DNA of 64,000 nt from Alphaproteobacteria bacterium (lineage in GTDB: Bacteria; Pseudomonadota; Alphaproteobacteria; GCA-2731375). The notes below the pieces were generated by a model. It was not told the DNA's origin. It saw nothing but the letters and a program-made list of their open reading frames with translations, and did no database searches. Each line of letters starts with the position of its first letter. Within the stretch, counting starts at the first letter, position 1. Shown here piece by piece: positions 59,592-64,000 of the stretch. The position numbers and the translations under genes were made by a program. The DNA is taken from NCBI GenBank assembly GCA_965225945.1, contig CBDDBZ010000038.1:480001-544000 (forward strand), read 5' to 3'.

Positions 59592-60494
59592 TCAATCCGT
59601 CGCCATATGCTCCGCCATCCAGGCGACGGACATGTCGAAGATTTTCTTCCAAAGCGCGTCTCGGTAGATGTCATAGTGGACGGCGCCCGGAATAACCCAT
59701 AGCTTCTTCGGCTCCCCGGCGCGGTCATGCATATCCACCACATCGTCGGCCGGCGTCACCGCGTCCAGCTCGGCGGCGATGAACATGATGGCCCTCGGCG
59801 ATATCTGCTCCACCACCTCCACCGGCTTGAACTCCAAGAGCTTTTCGGCGCTCGCCAGGGAATAATCGGTGCTTATAGCGTTTTCCATTCCCGCGATGTT
59901 CCTGGTGACCTCCTCCCTGACCCGGGCGGCCGCCGGGTCCCCGACCAAAATCCCGCCGAATTGCCCCATGAGCTCGGACGTGCCCGTCGTGACACGCGCC
60001 TTGCGGTCGGCCTCGATGCGCCGCAGCAGATCGAGCCACTCGCCCTGGCGTCGGATGCCGCGCATCCAACGCCGGCCGTCTCCAAAGCCCGCCACGGCGA
60101 CCGCGCATTTCACCCGCGCGTCCACGCCCGCGACGTAAGGCACCATGCCGGCGCCGAAGCTGTAACCCAACAGGGCCAAGCGGTCGGGATCGACCAGCGG
60201 ATTGGTCTCGAGAAACGTCAGTCCATTTCTGATGTCGTTCGACTGCTCCAATGGATAGAGCCGTCCCGGCTCGCCTTCGCTTTCGCCCACCCCACGGTAG
60301 TCCCAAATCAATGCCACATAGCCCAGTTCGGCCAGGCGCCGGGCAATGGTGGGGAACCAGAAATACTCCTTCACCCCGATCATGCCCTGGCACAGAACCA
60401 CGCCCGGACAAGAGCCCTCGCCCGCCGCTTCGGGCTCGAAGAGAACCCCGGCGATTTGAACGCCGTCGCTGTTGAACCTGACTGCTCGCTCCAC
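59592..60494 (-). CDS. Alpha/beta hydrolase
   Basis: DYRGVGESEG, GYSFG nucleophile, ELDAVTP, GAVHYDIY. Confidence 0.88.
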   Translation of the reverse strand: MERAVRFNSDGVQIAGVLFEPEAAGEGSCPGVVLCQGMIGVKEYFWFPTIARRLAELGYVALIWDYRGVGESEGEPGRLYPLEQSNDIRNGLTFLETNPLVDPDRLALLGYSFGAGMVPYVAGVDARVKCAVAVAGFGDGRRWMRGIRRQGEWLDLLRRIEADRKARVTTGTSELMGQFGGILVGDPAAARVREEVTRNIAGMENAISTDYSLASAEKLLEFKPVEVVEQISPRAIMFIAAELDAVTPADDVVDMHDRAGEPKKLWVIPGAVHYDIYRDALWKKIFDMSVAWMAEHMATD

Positions 60495-60557
60495 GTCATC
60501 ACCTCCCGCTGCATGGCCAACGACGATTTCAGGGTACGGTGCTCCGATGTTTCGGCG

Positions 60558-60811
60558 TCACTTGCGCGCCGTCACGGCCCGTTCCAGAGCCTCACGGATA
60601 AACCGCTGGTAAGGAATTCCACGCCGCCTTGCGTGCTCTTTCAGCGCATCTAGCAGGGGCTGCGGTAGGCGCATATTGACCCGTGCATTCTTTTCTCGAA
60701 CTCGAAGCGTACCGGCTCCACGCCGGCAAGGTCGTAGTCGGAAAGGTCGGCGGTATCGACGAAGCGCTCGGCTTCCCGGTCGGTCTCAAAGGCCGGGATT
60801 TTCTTCTTCAT
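60558..60811 (-). pseudogene. CopG/BrnA-like antitoxin, frameshifted in an A-run near 60692
   Basis: MKKKIPAFETDREAERF..DLSDYD..RFEFEK / NARVNMRLPQPLLDALK..RRGIPYQRFIREALE. Confidence 0.8.
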
Positions 60812-61022
60812 AGCTGTCGATCTCCTTCTGATGCATGTAGCGGCCCACATCGGTTCTTCCGATTGCCCGCAAGCGTTCCTCGGTGTTCGAGTGGTCCGTG
60901 TCGGGCAAGATCAGGATGGGCCGCGCAAACAACCCCTCGATCTCGTCGACGGAAATGCCGTGCTTCTGGCATTTGGCCCGGTTCCCGCTATCCCAATCAA
61001 AACCTGAAACAAATGTACTCAT
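60786..61022 (-). pseudogene. BrnT-family toxin with an apparent internal in-frame deletion
   Basis: FDWDSGNRAKCQKHGIS..E, HSNTEERLRAIG; GRY joins directly to MHQKE, so the usual FT.R..IR.ISAR segment is missing. Confidence 0.75.
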
Positions 61023-61029
61023 TCAACTT

Positions 61030-61058
61030 GTACATACTTTTGTATATACGTTTGTCAA
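61030..61058 (-). promoter_or_regulatory. TA operon promoter/operator
   Basis: TTGACA (61058-61053) followed by the inverted repeat GTATATAC-AAAA-GTATGTAC. Confidence 0.6.
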
Positions 61059-61239
61059 CGGTTCTCTTTGCGATGCTGGCTTGTTTGCCAGCTTCGAATG
61101 GATCGCCCTCGCCCCTACCCGACATCCGTTCCGATGTCCGAGCCTTTCCCCCTGATAAACCCGAGCGAACTCCGGGCATGCCGCCATTCGCGACACCGCC
61201 CACAGCTCGAATTCCCGCCTGAAACGCCGCCTCCCGTCG

Positions 61240-62136
61240 CTATTCCCCACGCTCGATCCAGTCGGCGACGAGGCGGTGGCTGATCGAATCCTCGGGCGGT
61301 AGGATCAGCTCGCCGGAGGCCGTCTGCTCGGCGATCTCGTCGCGGGTGTACCATGCGGCGGCGACGATCTCCTCGCCGTCGACCCGGATCTCGGTGCTGC
61401 TCGCGGCCGCGGTGAAGCCCACCATCAACGAGCAGGGGAAGGGCCAGGGCTGCGAGGAGTGGTAGCGCACCTCGTCGACTTCGATCCCCACCTCCTCCAG
61501 AGTCTCGCGGCGGACCGCGTCCTCCAGCATCTCGCCGATCTCGACGAAGCCGGCGATGGTCGAGCGCCGGTTGACCGGCCAGACCCCGCGCCGCGCCAGT
61601 AGGCATCTGGGCCCGTCGGTCACCAGCGTGATCACCGCCGGATCGGTCCGGGGGAAGTGCATCCGCCCGCAGTCTTCGCTTCCGCAGCGGCGTATGTGGC
61701 CCGCCCGCTCCGAGCGTGTGGCCGAGCCGCAGGCGCCGCAGAAGCCGTGCGTGCCATGCCAATGCACCAGGCCGCGGGCATAGGCCAGCACGGCGGCGTC
61801 GCGCCGGGACATGGAGAGAGCCACATCGCGAAGGTCGTGGAATTCGTGCTCCGCCAGCCCGAGACCGGTGGGATCGTCGAGCGGCAAGGCGAAGCGGGCC
61901 ACGCCACCGTCGATGCCGAGCAGGATCAGTTGCTCCACCTCGATGTCGCCGAGCCGCGCCAGCGCCACCGTGCCCGGTCGCGACGGCTCGTCCGCCGCCA
62001 CCAGGCAGCGTCCGCGCCATACCGGGTGGATCCGGGTTTCCGGCTCGCTCAGCCGCGTCGCCAGCCACGCGACGTCGATCCGCCGCGCGTCGGCCCGATC
62101 GAAGTTGCCGTCGGCGTAATAGTTCTCGATCGCCAT
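61240..62136 (-). CDS. nudC: NAD(+) diphosphatase NudC
   Basis: FCGACG/C..C zinc site, FPRTDPAVI, AGFVEIGEMLEDAVRRETLEEVG, SQPWPFP. Confidence 0.93.
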   Translation of the reverse strand: MAIENYYADGNFDRADARRIDVAWLATRLSEPETRIHPVWRGRCLVAADEPSRPGTVALARLGDIEVEQLILLGIDGGVARFALPLDDPTGLGLAEHEFHDLRDVALSMSRRDAAVLAYARGLVHWHGTHGFCGACGSATRSERAGHIRRCGSEDCGRMHFPRTDPAVITLVTDGPRCLLARRGVWPVNRRSTIAGFVEIGEMLEDAVRRETLEEVGIEVDEVRYHSSQPWPFPCSLMVGFTAAASSTEIRVDGEEIVAAAWYTRDEIAEQTASGELILPPEDSISHRLVADWIERGE

Positions 62137-62143
62137 CCGTGCC

Positions 62144-63562
62144 TCACGCCGCGGTTTGGGCGAGGGGGGCCACGAGGTCGCCGGCGCGGTGGTCCTCGAG
62201 CCTCGATATCGCCACCTCCAGCGCGTCGATCGCGGCGGCCGGCAGCAGCTCCGCCAACAGCCCTCGCGCCTTGGCGCGGAGCGCCGTCGCACGCTCCGGA
62301 TTGGTGGCGGCGCCGGAGGGGTCGTGGACATGGATCCGCCTCGGCCCCCCGGCCGCCTCGATCTCGACCCAGCCGCAGAAGTTTGCCGGATAGACCTCGT
62401 CGAGCGCTGCATCGTGCACCAGGCGCATCGCCCGGGCGCGGCGCAGCAGGTCCGGGTCGGCCAGCTTCTCGGGCGTGAACTGCGGCGGCAGGACCTGGCC
62501 GTCGGCGAGCGCGGCGGCGATGCAGTAGCGCGCGCTCATCTGGGCGTTGAGCTCGGTGCCGGGCGTGTAGTCGTAGCCACATTGCACTTCGACCACCTTG
62601 GCGAGACCGGCGGTGACGGCGAGCTCGGCCGCGGGCGGGCCGCCCAACTCACGCCTGAGTTGGAGCGCCGCGTCGATATAGGCGTGCAGGCTGCCGCAGC
62701 AGGAATAGGGCTTGAAGGCGGTATCGTCCAAGCGCCAGGCCCACCCCAGGCCGGCGGTCAGCGCGTCTGCGTGGGTGACGTCGGAGAAGGCGGCGAGGAA
62801 GCCGCCGTCCGCCGCCTCGTAGAGTTGCGTCGGGCCGCTGACGCCCCTGGCCGCGAGCTGAACGGCGGTCACGCCGGCGCGGGCCGCGAAGCCGGGGTGC
62901 AGCCGCTTGCTCATCGTGCCGTCGGCGTTGAAGGCGAAGAGGCCGGCGCCCTGGGTGCCCGCGAGGCCGAGCGCCCAGGCGCACCGCTCGCCATCCAGGC
63001 CGAGCAGCACCGCGCCCGCCGCCGCCGCGCCCAAGGGGCCGCAGACGCCGGTCAGGTGCCAGCCCCTGAGGCGCGCCACCGAGGGGTCGAGGGCGAGGCC
63101 GGTGCGGATCATGACCTCGTAGCCGGCGGCGATCGCCGTCTCGAGCAAGGCGCCCGGCGCGTCGTGGGCTTCCGCGAGCGCCAAGGCCGCCGGGATCACC
63201 ACCGCGCCCGGGTGCAGCTTGGCGTTGTGGAAATCGTCGAGCTCGAAGGCGTGCGCGGCGACGGCGTTGGCCATGGCGGCGTCGGCCGGGCGCCGGTCAC
63301 GCCTCGCCTCGCCCCAGAGCGTGGCCAGGCGGTGCGTGCCGGGCGCCGGCGGATAGTCGTCGAGCCAGTCGCGGACGGCGCCCGACCAGGCCCGCTCGCG
63401 CCCGTGGCGCCCGGCGGCCAGCGTGTCGAACAGCGCTAGGCGGATCGCCTCGCGGCTTCGCGCCGGCAGATGCTCCGGCCGCAATCCGGCGAGCCACGCG
63501 GCGATTCGGCGGGTCGGCGCCTCATCGGTGGCGGGTATGGCGGCGATCTCGGACGTGCTCAT
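62144..63562 (-). CDS. MmgE/PrpD family protein
   Basis: HAFELDDFH, HPGAVVIPAALA, GWHLTG, KRLHPG, FKPYSCC. Confidence 0.9.
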   Translation of the reverse strand: MSTSEIAAIPATDEAPTRRIAAWLAGLRPEHLPARSREAIRLALFDTLAAGRHGRERAWSGAVRDWLDDYPPAPGTHRLATLWGEARRDRRPADAAMANAVAAHAFELDDFHNAKLHPGAVVIPAALALAEAHDAPGALLETAIAAGYEVMIRTGLALDPSVARLRGWHLTGVCGPLGAAAAGAVLLGLDGERCAWALGLAGTQGAGLFAFNADGTMSKRLHPGFAARAGVTAVQLAARGVSGPTQLYEAADGGFLAAFSDVTHADALTAGLGWAWRLDDTAFKPYSCCGSLHAYIDAALQLRRELGGPPAAELAVTAGLAKVVEVQCGYDYTPGTELNAQMSARYCIAAALADGQVLPPQFTPEKLADPDLLRRARAMRLVHDAALDEVYPANFCGWVEIEAAGGPRRIHVHDPSGAATNPERATALRAKARGLLAELLPAAAIDALEVAISRLEDHRAGDLVAPLAQTAA

Positions 63563-64000
63563 GGCCTATCATCTCGCGTGGCCGCGGCGCGGAAGTCGCG
63601 CCAGCGATAGGGAATCAGCGCCAGCCGGGCCAGCGGCACCGCCAGATCATGGAACGGCAGGCTCTTCGGCCGGTCGCGCGGTATCGGCATCTCGTCGTCC
63701 GCCAAGCCATGGACGCGGGCCGCCAGCAGCTTACCCATCGCGGTCGCGAGGGCGATTCCGCGCCCATTGTAGCCCAGTCCGGCGAAAAGGCCGGGGGCCG
63801 GCTCGAAATAGCGCGGCAGGCGGTCCATGGTCATCGCCACCTTGCCGTCCCAGACATATTCGATTTCGACGTCGCCGGCCTGCGGAAAGGTCCGCCGGAT
63901 CCGCGCCGCCACCGCGCGGGCCGCCCGCTCGCGGGAGAAGGCGGGGATCACGTGGTCGCCGCCGGTGATCAGCCGGCCCTCGCGGTCGTAGCGGAACGGC
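63559..64000 (-). CDS. FAD-dependent (DAO-family) oxidoreductase, 3' part only
   Basis: YVWDGKVAMTMDRLP, GYNGRGIALATAMG. Confidence 0.82.
   Translation of the reverse strand, partial: PFRYDREGRLITGGDHVIPAFSRERAARAVAARIRRTFPQAGDVEIEYVWDGKVAMTMDRLPRYFEPAPGLFAGLGYNGRGIALATAMGKLLAARVHGLADDEMPIPRDRPKSLPFHDLAVPLARLALIPYRWRDFRAAATRDDRP

Overview
High-GC alphaproteobacterial chromosome segment (Rhodospirillales-like, judged from the SciP/FlbD/CtrA-type flagellar genes). It has three parts. (1) Catabolic genes for small N-heterocycles and organic acids: three hydantoinase B-like genes, hydantoinase A, an OYE-type flavin oxidoreductase, a molybdoenzyme, glycerate kinase-pyk, two ICL/PEP-mutase enzymes, PhoX and others. 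(2) A ~21 kb flagellar cluster that appears to be decaying: fliF has lost its start codon and carries a templated insertion; flgE, flgD and flgL are frameshifted; an IS630 interrupts a Sel1 gene; an adjacent epimerase has a nonsense codon. Its CtrA, sigma54 and ftr-like sites are still readable. (3) A three-level nested mobile structure at 46.5-50.1 kb: a ~96-bp REP-doublet/MITE-like element interrupted by an IS1595, itself interrupted by an IS66-family element. That IS66 carries, inside its own inverted repeats, a compact DNA adenine methyltransferase translationally coupled to the transposase; this is the best candidate for an undescribed system. Also present: a small decayed islet bounded by a duplicated nudC 3' end, and a recurring pattern of clean 28-44 bp tandem duplications and deletions. 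All calls come from reading motifs by eye; no database search was run.
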